Shown: piece after piece, positions 30,717 through 42,046 of the stretch
How the letters are laid out: every line of letters starts with the position of its first letter
Numbering within the stretch: position 1 is the first letter of the stretch
Source: Escherichia phage vB_EcoP_SU10
Direction: 5' to 3' (one strand)
DNA length: 64,000 nt
Sequence record: NC_027395.1
Position numbers and translations under genes: made by a program
Notes under the pieces: model-generated
What the model was told of the DNA's origin: nothing
The model's database searches: none
The model's input: only the letters and a program-made list of their open reading frames with translations

Positions 30717-31080
30717 TCTCTTCTTTTGTTTTAATCTTATGACAAGGGTCTTTACACAGAACCTGAAACCCTTCTTTCTCACACAGGGCACGAGAGATGA
30801 TTTCATCCCAAGTTGCTTCATGGTCAAGAGGAACTATAGGCTCTATGTGGTCAATAGCCATATCCTTTATAGGGTGGTCAGAACCACACATGGCACACTT
30901 AAAGTGCATTGCCAGTCTACCTGTCTTTGGATTAATCTTCTGCTCTGTCTTGGCGTCTGCTAGTGCATCGAACATGGGCTTCCACTTTCTAGTCAGAGAA
31001 CGAATCCCTGACTTGATGAAAGAGTTGTAACGAGCTTCAGTCCACATTCCACTACAGCGAGTCTTCTCAGACTTCGCCAT
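30679..31080 (-). CDS. HNH endonuclease
   Basis: CAMCGSDHPIKDMAIDHIEPI and CKDPCH motifs. Confidence 0.75.
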   Translation of the reverse strand: MAKSEKTRCSGMWTEARYNSFIKSGIRSLTRKWKPMFDALADAKTEQKINPKTGRLAMHFKCAMCGSDHPIKDMAIDHIEPIVPLDHEATWDEIISRALCEKEGFQVLCKDPCHKIKTKEENDARKQFKKGNE

Positions 31081-31246
31081 AATCAGCTTCTTCCCAAACT
31101 CGTTTGTTTACACGATGACTCACTTTACCCTCACGAGGAATACGACCAGTTCGCTGATCAAACAGTTGATGTTTAATCTTTTGGTCTTTACGAGATTCAC
31201 GATTGGAGGAGTTTTCATCATATGAACGATAATCAAATTTACCCAT
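31067..31246 (-). CDS. Small basic protein (59 aa)
   Basis: AAGGA RBS; stop overlaps HNH start; below track threshold. Confidence 0.35.
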   Translation of the reverse strand: MGKFDYRSYDENSSNRESRKDQKIKHQLFDQRTGRIPREGKVSHRVNKRVWEEADYGEV

Positions 31247-31259
31247 TATAATATCCTTA

Positions 31260-32102
31260 TTACCAAGATTTATCTAACCATGTCCAGTCGAACAGGTCTT
31301 CCGGAGTCTGACCAACAAAGAGAAGCCGAGCATTCTCAAGCATCTTCTCTTCATCTTCAGTATCGAACTTCTTATAATATTCCATTCGTACTATATGATA
31401 CATGGTCCACTTGTCTGTAACACCAGCCAACAACTTAGCTGCTGCTTTCTTCCCTATTCCTTGACGTCGAAGCTGAAGCTTACCTCCCCACATAACTTCT
31501 TTACGTTCTCCACATCCGGGGATATTATCTGTACCATCTCCAACCAACATCTGATAGAAGAAGTTTTGCCATGAAACTAAATCAGATACGTAGTGAGGAG
31601 GAACCTCTTTTTGTCTTTCTCCACAAGCCCAACGGTAATGCCATCCGGGAGTTATCAACAAATCCTTGTCTCTCGTACAGATGATAGTGTTCTTATCTCT
31701 ACGTTGCCTTTCAGCTAATGCATCATCAGCCTCTCTCCCAAATACATCTATGTATTCATATTTACCTTTAATATAATCACCAACATTTTGCCAGTGAAAA
31801 GGTCTTTCTCCGGGAGGTCTATTTGCTTTGTAGTCTTGCTGTTTAGCAACATCAAAACGGAAGTTACCACCTTCGCTGAAGTAGAACACAACCTTGCTAC
31901 AACCCGAGCGAGCTATGATTGTATCGATCTTGTACTGAAGTCGTTCAATCATGAAATTGTAATCAACTGGAACACGTCCTGTGTCAAGGAAGGGATGCTC
32001 CTGAGTAAGAGCACCTACTTCATACCGAAGAACGTCAGCGTCCACTATAGCAACTTCAGGGAGCTTAACCTCTTCCATAAATATCATCCTGAGCTTGAGC
32101 AA
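31260..32102 (-). CDS. 5'-3' exonuclease / flap endonuclease
   Basis: VAIVDADVL, ICTRDKDLL and GIGKKAAAKLL (H3TH-like) motifs. Confidence 0.75.
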   Translation of the reverse strand: MLKLRMIFMEEVKLPEVAIVDADVLRYEVGALTQEHPFLDTGRVPVDYNFMIERLQYKIDTIIARSGCSKVVFYFSEGGNFRFDVAKQQDYKANRPPGERPFHWQNVGDYIKGKYEYIDVFGREADDALAERQRRDKNTIICTRDKDLLITPGWHYRWACGERQKEVPPHYVSDLVSWQNFFYQMLVGDGTDNIPGCGERKEVMWGGKLQLRRQGIGKKAAAKLLAGVTDKWTMYHIVRMEYYKKFDTEDEEKMLENARLLFVGQTPEDLFDWTWLDKSW

Positions 32103-32954
32103 TAATCCAATCTAGATCTGATACTGCTGATTCAATAGTTGAGTCATTAAATAGTAGATATGTTTTTCTCTGCTCTCCTTCAATATATGAGCGAGAGTCT
32201 CCATCAAAAGAGCAACCATCTCTAAGAACTTGGACAACTTGGACATGGAAATTCTTTTCTAGTTCTCGTACCTCTGCATCAAAACCTCCGTCAGTAAACA
32301 TGACAATATCATCCTGACCTAACCCTTCTTGTTTGATGCTTTTTACAGCAAGATTCCCCATATGGTTGTTGCCAAACATAGGTTTTAAGAAGTCTTCACT
32401 TGTAGAAATCATCAAATCTCTTACAGACTTCCCTCCCCATTCTGGTCTAGGTTTTTCTTTCCATTCACGGTCTTCATAGCGTGCTAGAAAGTTTTCTAGA
32501 GGTATGCCTAGTGCAGCAGCAGCTACCTTGTACATTGGCTCCTTGAAGGATTTGGTTGAATAATTGTGATGGTATGAATGGGCATTGACCCAAGCATTGG
32601 CTATCGTATCTTTACCACAACCCGGAGGCCCATTAAGAATTACTACTAAAGGCTTATAATGGGAATCTACCACCATGTTGGTCAGTGCTGGATTGCCTTG
32701 AGATTCCATTTCTAATTGCTCCGTGTGGTCATGTGAGTAGTCTACTGGAGAAGTTTTGTTACCAGTAACTTTAGGTAAAATCGCTCTAGTTGTTTCTACG
32801 TATTTACCGCCATCAATATTGATTTGAAACTCTACAAGCTCATTCTGTAACTCATATCCTGATAAGTTGGATAGCTCCTCCAACTCATCTCTGATGAAAT
32901 TTAAATGTTTGATTTTAATTGCAAGAGCTTTCTTTAAAGCTTTTACCTCTTCAC

Positions 32955-32964
<10 letters not shown>
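32065..32964 (-). CDS. P-loop kinase-like protein
   Basis: Walker A VVILNGPPGCGKDT; substrate unknown. Confidence 0.55.
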
Positions 32965-34450
<1,486 letters not shown>

Positions 34451-34451
<1 letters not shown>

Positions 34452-34711
34452 TATTCTATTCCACGTTCTTTCAGAGCTTCTAACAATCCGTTGTGATTGG
34501 CAGCACATTCTGTGTACTGGTCCTGATACCACTCCAACGTAGTGGCTAGTGCTTTTCCTTGAGCACTCTCTAAAAGAGGTAGGTCAACCCTACATTCAGC
34601 TTTTAGGTTTGTTGGTAAGGGCATTGATTGCCTGCTGTTGTCGCTCGTTGAACAAGCTGACATACTCATCACTAGCGCAGACATTATAAAAAACTGGTTT
34701 AGTTTTCTCAT
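34451..34711 (-). CDS. o-spanin (Rz1-like outer-membrane lipoprotein)
   Basis: Signal peptide with lipobox-like MSAC, Pro-containing mature part with 3 Cys; starts inside Rz-like ORF in another frame. Confidence 0.5.
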
Positions 34712-34970
34712 AATGCATCTCTTTATAAACGGTTTCCGTGTTCTTCTTCCAGTTAGATAAACCGGTAAGAACTCTCTGAGCAACTTCATCAGCTGCTCTA
34801 TTTCTTTCAATCTCTAACTCTTGCTGGTGCTTCTCTTTGTCCAGATTACTGCTGTCTGTTTGATATTCGTTAAACTTCATACCACCAAAGAATACAAGAG
34901 CTGAGAAAACGATAAACCCTAAGTTATCACTTAACGTGTTTTGCATGTTGTCTCCAACGAAAAAAGCCAC
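34596..34970 (-). CDS. i-spanin (Rz-like)
   Basis: N-terminal TM (LGFIVFSALVFFGG) then charged coiled-coil; contains Rz1-like start. Confidence 0.5.
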   Translation of the reverse strand: MAFFVGDNMQNTLSDNLGFIVFSALVFFGGMKFNEYQTDSSNLDKEKHQQELEIERNRAADEVAQRVLTGLSNWKKNTETVYKEMHYEKTKPVFYNVCASDEYVSLFNERQQQAINALTNKPKS

Positions 34971-35004
34971 CCGGAGGTGGCTAAGCTATAACAAGGAGAG
35001 TTAT

Positions 35005-35418
35005 TTATATGAATTTCTGCATACCTTTGATACGAGGGTTATCATCACCAACTCTCGATTTACAGTAAGCGATAAAAGATTCAGTATTGAGGTTATCTTT
35101 TTGGGAACCCCACTGAAGGTTGTCTGCTCTATTGTTGCTCGGATTATCATCCAGATGCATAACAACAGCGTTAGGAAAAGGTTTCTCACCGTGAAAAGTC
35201 TCACACACTAAGATATGAATCCTTTTCTTAAACTTTCTTTTCTTGTTTACAAACACCATTCTTCCATCTTTCTCTCTATATCCGCTATATGGTTTTCCTA
35301 CGAAAAGCCTAACTCCACCATTATTCATTATGGCTGTGAAAGGCTTAATCTTAACTCTACCAAAAGATGATACGGAAAGGAAATCATAATAGGGGTGATC
35401 TTTCCAGACTTCTTCCAC
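35005..35418 (-). CDS. HNH homing endonuclease
   Basis: SSFGRV...HILVCETFHG...VVMHLDDNPSNNRADNLQWG motifs. Confidence 0.75.
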   Translation of the reverse strand: MEEVWKDHPYYDFLSVSSFGRVKIKPFTAIMNNGGVRLFVGKPYSGYREKDGRMVFVNKKRKFKKRIHILVCETFHGEKPFPNAVVMHLDDNPSNNRADNLQWGSQKDNLNTESFIAYCKSRVGDDNPRIKGMQKFI

Positions 35419-35427
35419 TATTTATCC

Positions 35428-36174
35428 TCAAAATGGGCTATCGTTGTCGTCTTCGTAAGTAGAAGCAGGCTCTTTATCAATCGTAGGGATTGAAGGGGTA
35501 GCTTCTTTCTGTTCTGTTTCAGAAGCACGAGTAATTTCACGACCAGCCAGAGGCATGTTCTTAGCGTCATTAGCTTGAGTAAGCAGGTTGCGCTGGAACG
35601 GGAACATCAGTTGATAGGATGCTACGTTCTCATCGGTTTCAGCATATGGTTCGAAGAATACCATAGGACTACGAGCTTCACCAACTGCTGCACGATATTT
35701 GGTTGGGATTGGAGAAATGGTCTTGATGGAGTTTTTAACTTCACCAGCTTTGTTAGTGTAAGAGTTAACCAGAATGTTAACAGGCTGACCTAACAGCACA
35801 TCCTTGAACCAAGACAGATCACCTTTCAGTGCTTGAATACTTGGGTCAATCATCTTGCAAAGATCAAGAATACCAGAGTTCTTAGCTCGTGGGTTTACAT
35901 CATAACTCTTGAACTGGCAAGCCGGACGTGGTTCTAATGCCTTACCATCGGAATCTTTACCAGTAGCATCAACACCAATCAGCTCGAAAGCTAAATCCAT
36001 ACGGAAAGTCGGATTCTTAGGAGTTACTGCTTTGGTCTTCGGGTCAATCCAAGGGTCACGATTGTGAACACCCAAACCTACTACACGAACGATACGTGCT
36101 TCGTACTCACCATCAGGGATTACATCGTAGTTGGATTTACGGGAAGCAGTTGCGATAGTTGGAATCATAGACAT
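35428..36174 (-). CDS. Single-stranded DNA-binding protein (putative)
   Basis: 248 aa with acidic C-terminal tail ending DDNDSPF, like SSB tails; in replication module. Confidence 0.55.
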   Translation of the reverse strand: MSMIPTIATASRKSNYDVIPDGEYEARIVRVVGLGVHNRDPWIDPKTKAVTPKNPTFRMDLAFELIGVDATGKDSDGKALEPRPACQFKSYDVNPRAKNSGILDLCKMIDPSIQALKGDLSWFKDVLLGQPVNILVNSYTNKAGEVKNSIKTISPIPTKYRAAVGEARSPMVFFEPYAETDENVASYQLMFPFQRNLLTQANDAKNMPLAGREITRASETEQKEATPSIPTIDKEPASTYEDDNDSPF

Positions 36175-36233
36175 ATTTTAATTTCCTTATTTAATTTGAA
36201 AGATTGTTGCTCTCTTTGAGCGGTTATGTATAG

Positions 36234-36242
36234 TATACATTA
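36234..36242 (-). promoter_or_regulatory. TAATGTATA promoter-like element (minus strand) upstream of SSB gene
   Basis: Exact 9-mer on minus strand about 59 nt upstream of ATG 36174. Confidence 0.5.
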
Positions 36243-36305
36243 CGCTTATACCGATAAGAGTACTATATAATATAAGTATCTTTGGTAGTAGATATAACAC
36301 ACTAG

Positions 36306-36314
36306 TAATGTATA
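36306..36314 (+). promoter_or_regulatory. TAATGTATA element on + strand inside minus-strand intergenic region
   Basis: Exact 9-mer; no + strand ORF downstream. Confidence 0.4.
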
Positions 36315-36411
36315 TATTGTATAGCTGATAAAGTTATTGCAGGCTTGTATATTGGGCAATTCACAGAATCCCTTGCAAGTACCGAAGGGCAGGAGACACC
36401 TGCGAGATAAA

Positions 36412-36475
36412 AATAGAGAATTAAGGAATCCTTGATTTAGGTTGTAGGGACTCCTAGGGACTTTGATTCTCTATT
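36412..36475. repeat. Inverted repeat enclosing tandem TAGGGACT direct repeats
   Basis: AATAGAGAAT (36412-36421) pairs with ATTCTCTATT (36466-36475); TAGGGACT at 36445 and 36455. Confidence 0.5.
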
Positions 36476-36720
36476 TAAAAGAATATTAATTACTTATTAC
36501 CTAAATAATTAACTAACTTACTTAAACCAAATTCAATAAGAATAGATAAAAAGATTATTCCTAAGAAAGCTAAGAAGTAAACAATATAAGTTACCATTCA
36601 AGTAAACCTTTAAAGTTAGATTGTTCTACTATCCTCTGATAACGAAGATTAGAATCAGCTTGTTTCTTTAACATCTCATTATATTGATCTCTGATAGAGT
36701 CTTTATGTACTACAGGTTCT

Positions 36721-37224
36721 TTAAATAACGAGATCTTGTTCTTTTCTTCTTTCATCAAAGACCTTCCTAATCTCTTGCAGAGAAACAGCTTTATAGTTAA
36801 TTTGCTCCATTGATGTACAGAAATATCTCCAATCATCAATTACATGGTTGTGTGTATGAGCATAAATGTTAAACTTTCCTCTCATCTCATCAGTGTGAAT
36901 AGGGATATGAGTTACCCAAAACTCTTTATATTTATAATCACCAGAGATTCTACGGAAGACTTTCATCATATCAGGGAGAAGTTCTAACCTGTCATGGTTC
37001 CCTAAGACTAGATGCTTCTCTCCTTTTACTTCAGCGATGATATCAAGGGCATACTTTTCAAACACCCAATCACCGGTAAAGAAGATTTTGTCTCGCTTAG
37101 TTACATGATCAAATGCAGCTAGAATTGCTTTGTCATGTTCTTCGATGGTTTTAAATTGCTTACGAAAACTACAGATGTTGCGATGACCTAAGTGACCATC
37201 TCCTGCAAAATAAACTTCAGCCAT
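36721..37224 (-). CDS. Calcineurin-like metallophosphoesterase
   Basis: GDGHLG, FFTGDWV and GNHD motifs. Confidence 0.75.
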   Translation of the reverse strand: MAEVYFAGDGHLGHRNICSFRKQFKTIEEHDKAILAAFDHVTKRDKIFFTGDWVFEKYALDIIAEVKGEKHLVLGNHDRLELLPDMMKVFRRISGDYKYKEFWVTHIPIHTDEMRGKFNIYAHTHNHVIDDWRYFCTSMEQINYKAVSLQEIRKVFDERRKEQDLVI

Positions 37225-37233
37225 AAAGACCTC

Positions 37234-37449
37234 TTAGATAGTACACCCATCACAAGTTAAGTCACCTAGCAGGGACAGGGAAAGTAATCTGGATTGCTCA
37301 TCGCTGTATAGTTGATCAATCTCTTCTTTAAGTTTTGCCAACTCCATAAAGTTAATGAGCTGACCATGTTCGAGGCAGTCTGTTTTTAGTACGAACAAAA
37401 CTTCAGCGTCTGTTGAATCTTCACTTGAATATTTATCAATGTATTCCAT
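37234..37449 (-). CDS. Hypothetical protein (71 aa)
   Basis: ORF only. Confidence 0.4.
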   Translation of the reverse strand: MEYIDKYSSEDSTDAEVLFVLKTDCLEHGQLINFMELAKLKEEIDQLYSDEQSRLLSLSLLGDLTCDGCTI

Positions 37450-37604
37450 TTTTACTCCTATTAATTATGACCAAGATTTAACTTTTACTTCGACGTATGT
37501 TTTAACTTCACCTTTCAAGACTTCCTGAGAAGCATTTGCACTTTCCTCAGAGTGGTGTACAACGGTGATCTCTTTCTTTCCAATCTTATAAGTGTGAATC
37601 CAAA

Positions 37605-37805
37605 TCATACTTCTTCCTCATATTCCCAATTTCTTTCATAATATCCAGAGTTATAGTTTAGGGCGCACTTCTCGGCCTCTTCTATGTCGTCAGTGTTTAG
37701 GATATTTACCCATCCTCCAACTTCATCAAAACCTTCTTCTACTTCGTTAAACCATACACTATACTTTTTCATCGAGAGGTTCTTCCCCAATCTTTTACAT
37801 AGCAT
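37605..37805 (-). CDS. Hypothetical protein (66 aa)
   Basis: ORF only. Confidence 0.4.
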   Translation of the reverse strand: MLCKRLGKNLSMKKYSVWFNEVEEGFDEVGGWVNILNTDDIEEAEKCALNYNSGYYERNWEYEEEV

Positions 37806-37941
37806 CGACCGTTAACCCACTTCGTCTCTGATTTAAACTCTTGAGACAATCTCATTTCACAGTCTTCTCTACTGGCATCTCCTCCGATATCAATCAGATA
37901 TAGGAATAGAGCTATACCTAAAGCCCAAAGAATTATCTTCT

Positions 37942-38334
37942 TCATCGAATCACCAAAGGCTCTTCAGAGTACACAGGAGCGGCTATTTCTACAGGAGGTG
38001 CTGCCCTAAGGTCATTAAGTCTTACACCCTTCAGCATCCCATCTAGGTGGTCTTTCTTAGGGATTCCAACAGGGAAGTCGTCAATCCAGATATCTACAAA
38101 GAAACCTAACTGGCGACATACGTCATCTTTCTGAACACCATTACAAAAGATGACAGGGATTTGCAGAGTCTCTGCATCATAGAGGATATCCACGTTATCA
38201 TAACCATTAGGCTCTGAGAAACGGAAAGTCACGAATCTTACATCATGTCCATACCCTTTCATCAAACCTATCACATCTCTCCACAGTCGTCTGTCTGCTG
38301 TGTAAGTGTCATCATAATCTAAACCAATATTCAT
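37942..38334 (-). CDS. HAD-like phosphatase/nucleotidase (start moved to ATG 38334)
   Basis: IGLDYDDT (DxDxT) and WIDD motifs; AAGGA RBS; track TTG start lies in terminator T-tract. Confidence 0.5.
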   Translation of the reverse strand: MNIGLDYDDTYTADRRLWRDVIGLMKGYGHDVRFVTFRFSEPNGYDNVDILYDAETLQIPVIFCNGVQKDDVCRQLGFFVDIWIDDFPVGIPKKDHLDGMLKGVRLNDLRAAPPVEIAAPVYSEEPLVIR

Positions 38335-38349
38335 GTCAAATCCTTTAGA

Positions 38350-38373
38350 CAAGAAAAGCCGCCCGAAGGCAGC
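38350..38373 (-). terminator. Rho-independent terminator (minus strand)
   Basis: Minus-strand GCUGCC-uucg-GGCGGC hairpin followed by UUUUCUUG. Confidence 0.55.
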
Positions 38374-38380
38374 TTCTTAT

Positions 38381-38557
38381 TTAACTATTTACTTTAGCTT
38401 CAAGTGTTTCGTTTTCAATACTCAAGTCAATCACTACACCAGTAAGCCCAACGACTGCTTGGCGAAGGGCGTCTTTACCCATAGAGTGTACTTGAGATAA
38501 GAAGAAAGCTTTACCTTCTTCAGTGGATAGGGTTTCTTTTAATTCAGAAGCAGTCAT
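38381..38557 (-). CDS. Small hypothetical protein (58 aa), not in ORF track
   Basis: AAGGAA RBS 5 nt upstream of ATG; ends just before terminator. Confidence 0.4.
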   Translation of the reverse strand: MTASELKETLSTEEGKAFFLSQVHSMGKDALRQAVVGLTGVVIDLSIENETLEAKVNS

Positions 38558-38566
38558 TGATATTCC

Positions 38567-38761
38567 TTATGTTATGTTATAAATTCGCATGATTGTACCA
38601 CCATTGGCTTCAATAGCAGCAACCATTTGGTTTCGTTCTTCATCCGTGTAAACTAACACACTTCTAAACTCGCCTGTTGCATCAGTATAAAGGATGTTAT
38701 ATTTTGGAGGCGGTTTACGGTAAATACCTTCCATCACTCTTTCTCCTCTCGTTCTTTCCAC
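38567..38761 (-). CDS. Hypothetical protein (64 aa)
   Basis: ORF only. Confidence 0.4.
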   Translation of the reverse strand: MERTRGERVMEGIYRKPPPKYNILYTDATGEFRSVLVYTDEERNQMVAAIEANGGTIMRIYNIT

Positions 38762-38917
38762 AGTTCGGCTAGCTCTAGATAGAACTCAGCCTCATCAGGA
38801 CGACCTTGTTCATTACAGATGGCGCTCTGACGATAACACCAATCCGATGGCATCTCTTCCACTTCAATCTCCTTGTTACGAACCAATCAATAAGAATAGT
38901 TCATTCGTCTTATTTAT

Positions 38918-39112
38918 TCACTCTACCAATGCAGGTACTTCTATCCGTTTAACTGTGAATGTCTTGTTTGGAAACTTTCGAACTAGCTCTGCTGCTTTGG
39001 TTATTGCTAAGTTCTCTGTCTCAAAGATACACAGTTGACCATTTAATGCTACGAGAGTGGAGCCACCACTGAAGACGGCCCAAGATTCATAATAACCACG
39101 AACACTCATCAC
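38918..39112 (-). CDS. Hypothetical protein (64 aa)
   Basis: ORF only. Confidence 0.4.
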   Translation of the reverse strand: MMSVRGYYESWAVFSGGSTLVALNGQLCIFETENLAITKAAELVRKFPNKTFTVKRIEVPALVE

Positions 39113-39477
39113 TCAACCTCAATACTATATAGAGTTTTCAGTGTATCTTTAATCCAAGCCCGTCGTTTTGGATTCTTATGATGTGCCCCGTTTTCCCTAT
39201 CTCTAAAATATTGATCACATCCGAATGGGTATGTTGGGTCCAAAAACTTTTCTTGATTAAACATATTCTTCATGTCGTCAATATCTAAATGCTTTGTGAA
39301 ATAGTAATACCTCTTATAACAGCGAAAGTTGAAGCATAATCCGTGATCTTCACTAAACCATTTTGGATAAATTCCAGTCTTAGTTATTTCATAATATTGG
39401 AGGAGGAAATCCTCCATCCCCCTCTCTTTAGCTAAACATCTCAATGTTCTGTAGATGATATTGGTTTCTTTCATCAC
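39109..39477 (-). CDS. Hypothetical protein (122 aa)
   Basis: ORF coupled to polymerase gene. Confidence 0.5.
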   Translation of the reverse strand: MMKETNIIYRTLRCLAKERGMEDFLLQYYEITKTGIYPKWFSEDHGLCFNFRCYKRYYYFTKHLDIDDMKNMFNQEKFLDPTYPFGCDQYFRDRENGAHHKNPKRRAWIKDTLKTLYSIEVE

Positions 39478-39482
39478 TCACC

Positions 39483-41327
39483 TTAGTGTGTATGCATCCA
39501 GTTAAGTCCAATCTGACAATCAGATGCCAGAGGACATTCCATGTTCAGATACTCGCCAGCTTTCTTAACACAAAGCTCAGTGTGCTCTTTGAGTTTCTGT
39601 ACATCATTACGGTTTACTGAGAATTGACCTTCATCGTGCATATCAATTACCTTAGCACAACGAACCTTATCTTTCTCAATCCACTTGTTAAGGAACATCA
39701 TAGCATATTTCATAACAACAGCACCAGCACATTGCAGGAGTGTGTTAAGGGCTTTATGAACCATAACCTTACCAGTGGCATCCCGTCTCATTGTAATCTT
39801 ACGACCATCAACTCCAATCAAGTATCCTTGAGCAGCTTTCTCTGTCATACGATCAATGAGGATTGCAATACATGGGTTCTCTGCTAAGAAACGTGCTCGC
39901 ATCACTGAACCTTCGTCAGCCCCACCACCTACAATTGAACCAAGCTTAGCATCGCCAGCACCGTAGTTGAATGCATAGATAAACGTTTTAGCGTTGTCAC
40001 GAGTAGGAAGACCAGCAAGTTTCTGGTTATGGGAGTGGATATCACCTTCAAGGAGAATATCACGATACATAATAGCAGAAGCTAAACCACGTTCTGCCAG
40101 AGCTTTCTTAGCTGGGTTGTTCTCTTCTATTGCCTCAGCAAGCATATCCCTACACTCTTTAATGAGGTAGTGAGCTAGCATACGAAGTTCAAGTCCAGAA
40201 CCATCATACCCTAAGAACACTTCTTTACCAGCGGGTATGTAATATTTGTAAGCACCTATAGGTTTGTCTTTCTTCCCCGGCTTACCTTTCTCGTAAATTA
40301 CGTTAGTACCTTTTCGTATATAACAACCATCAGGAACAACGTTAGTAATAACGAAAGGACGAGAGTGATCACTGTCTGAGTTATAGTCAGACTCAAACAA
40401 ACTGCGACACTCGTGACCAAACAGACCACGGGAGGGAATATTAACCACGATACGATGTTTGAATCGAAAAGTCGGCGTAGCGCAGCTGTTAGCTTCTGCC
40501 GAAAGTTTACCATCTTCGCGTTCCTTTGCTATAAGTCCACTGATAAGACCTAGCCTGTGAGCCGCTACAACGCGTCTCTTAAGCAAACTTCCGACACTCC
40601 CTAGCTCACCCCCTAACCCTTCTTCAAGAGTCTCCTCGAGGTTTGTAGGAGCTGTAGGCCACTTGTTTGATGTGGCTAGTGCTTTCTTAATCTCATCAAA
40701 CGTTACAGGATTACGGCGATTAGGGTTCAACCCCAAACCAAATACGTAAGCCTTCATGTAATTCTTAGTCTTAAACCTGAAATGCTTTTCTAAGAACTTC
40801 TTAATATCAGCGTCAACCATCTCGGCTGTCTGCTTCTGCTTAGCATTGCCTCGCATCCAAGCAGTATACCATGCTTGGTATGTTCCATACTTTCTCATAT
40901 CTTTCTTAATTTCGAAAGTATTCCAAGGCTTCTTAGACACGTTAAACTCTGGAGGAAGAAAGCCCTCATCCATAAGAGCTTCTTTAACTCGTGCATCTTT
41001 CGATGGGTCAAAGTCTACGTATTCAACACAGGTGAAAGCTCCACCAATATCTTCTCTCTTCAGCCCAACCCTATCACAATAGGCTTGAGGCCACTTCTGT
41101 AAAGCTCCAGACTTCTTAAACGGCTTCATGTAAGTAGAGCCGTCTAATCTCATCTTAGGTAAGAGAGGAATCAACTCTCTGTCAATATTAACAATAATCT
41201 CTTTAAGGAGGTGAACATACCACCGAGCATTTCTTCGGTTGAAACTCACTCCGTGCTTTGCTTGCTTAGAGATTATATCAGCGACAGTCATCTCTGTCAA
41301 AAATGGAAGAGCGTCCGGGTTGCTCAC
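39483..41327 (-). CDS. DNA polymerase, family A (polymerase domain only)
   Basis: Motif A LGYDGSGLELR, motif B RDNAKTFIYAFNYGAG, motif C MHDEGQ. Confidence 0.85.
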   Translation of the reverse strand: MSNPDALPFLTEMTVADIISKQAKHGVSFNRRNARWYVHLLKEIIVNIDRELIPLLPKMRLDGSTYMKPFKKSGALQKWPQAYCDRVGLKREDIGGAFTCVEYVDFDPSKDARVKEALMDEGFLPPEFNVSKKPWNTFEIKKDMRKYGTYQAWYTAWMRGNAKQKQTAEMVDADIKKFLEKHFRFKTKNYMKAYVFGLGLNPNRRNPVTFDEIKKALATSNKWPTAPTNLEETLEEGLGGELGSVGSLLKRRVVAAHRLGLISGLIAKEREDGKLSAEANSCATPTFRFKHRIVVNIPSRGLFGHECRSLFESDYNSDSDHSRPFVITNVVPDGCYIRKGTNVIYEKGKPGKKDKPIGAYKYYIPAGKEVFLGYDGSGLELRMLAHYLIKECRDMLAEAIEENNPAKKALAERGLASAIMYRDILLEGDIHSHNQKLAGLPTRDNAKTFIYAFNYGAGDAKLGSIVGGGADEGSVMRARFLAENPCIAILIDRMTEKAAQGYLIGVDGRKITMRRDATGKVMVHKALNTLLQCAGAVVMKYAMMFLNKWIEKDKVRCAKVIDMHDEGQFSVNRNDVQKLKEHTELCVKKAGEYLNMECPLASDCQIGLNWMHTH

Positions 41328-41343
41328 TTTATACTCCTTTAAA

Positions 41344-41757
41344 TTATTGGTAAAGTAAATCTGTAAATGCTTGGTTATCTTCTACTACATCCAATGATGT
41401 GGAATCAACAGCATATGACCTCATTGCTGCATTTGTTTGTGCCCAAGTAGATGGAGAATAAGAAGACCTAATCTCACGAGGCTGCTCTCGTACCAGATGG
41501 GCCACAACCCTCTGATTAGCAACTTCTTCTCTTTCTCTGATAGCTCTCTGAATGTAGGCCAGCTTCATGCCCCAAGCTTCTTCAAACTCTTGAGGGTGTT
41601 TATCACTGATAACCACATATTGACGTTCAGGAATACCAGAGCGAATTTCTGACAATAATTCATGGAACAAATCCAGTTCGTGCTCAGTGAGATTCATTTC
41701 GATATCATCCCACTTGAGAACTAAGAAACGGTTTTGGTGTCTAGCTGGTAATGGCAT
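41344..41757 (-). CDS. Hypothetical protein (137 aa)
   Basis: ORF only. Confidence 0.5.
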   Translation of the reverse strand: MPLPARHQNRFLVLKWDDIEMNLTEHELDLFHELLSEIRSGIPERQYVVISDKHPQEFEEAWGMKLAYIQRAIREREEVANQRVVAHLVREQPREIRSSYSPSTWAQTNAAMRSYAVDSTSLDVVEDNQAFTDLLYQ

Positions 41758-41760
41758 AAC

Positions 41761-42045
41761 TCAACCTCTTGGGAATGGCATCAAAAATTCCACAGCAGAT
41801 TTAATTTCATTATTGATTCTTGAATCACGATAAGAGATAAACTTACCTTTGCTATCACGTAACATCACATTAGTTCTGGCTGTTTTGTGAGGGAGTAATG
41901 TGACACTAGTTGGAATAGCATCAACCCCTACAGCGTATTTGTCAATAGTCTTACTTTCAGCCAACAGATAAGACCAAGTACGCGGTTTCTGCTCCGGGCG
42001 GTTAGGGTATGTGTCCCGAATCTGAACCATAGCTAACTTATTCAT
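41761..42045 (-). CDS. Small protein, tandem paralog A (94 aa)
   Basis: Shares TARTNV.LR..GKFISY...AVE.L.PFP.G with the adjacent gene. Confidence 0.5.
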   Translation of the reverse strand: MNKLAMVQIRDTYPNRPEQKPRTWSYLLAESKTIDKYAVGVDAIPTSVTLLPHKTARTNVMLRDSKGKFISYRDSRINNEIKSAVEFLMPFPRG

Positions 42046-42046
42046 A

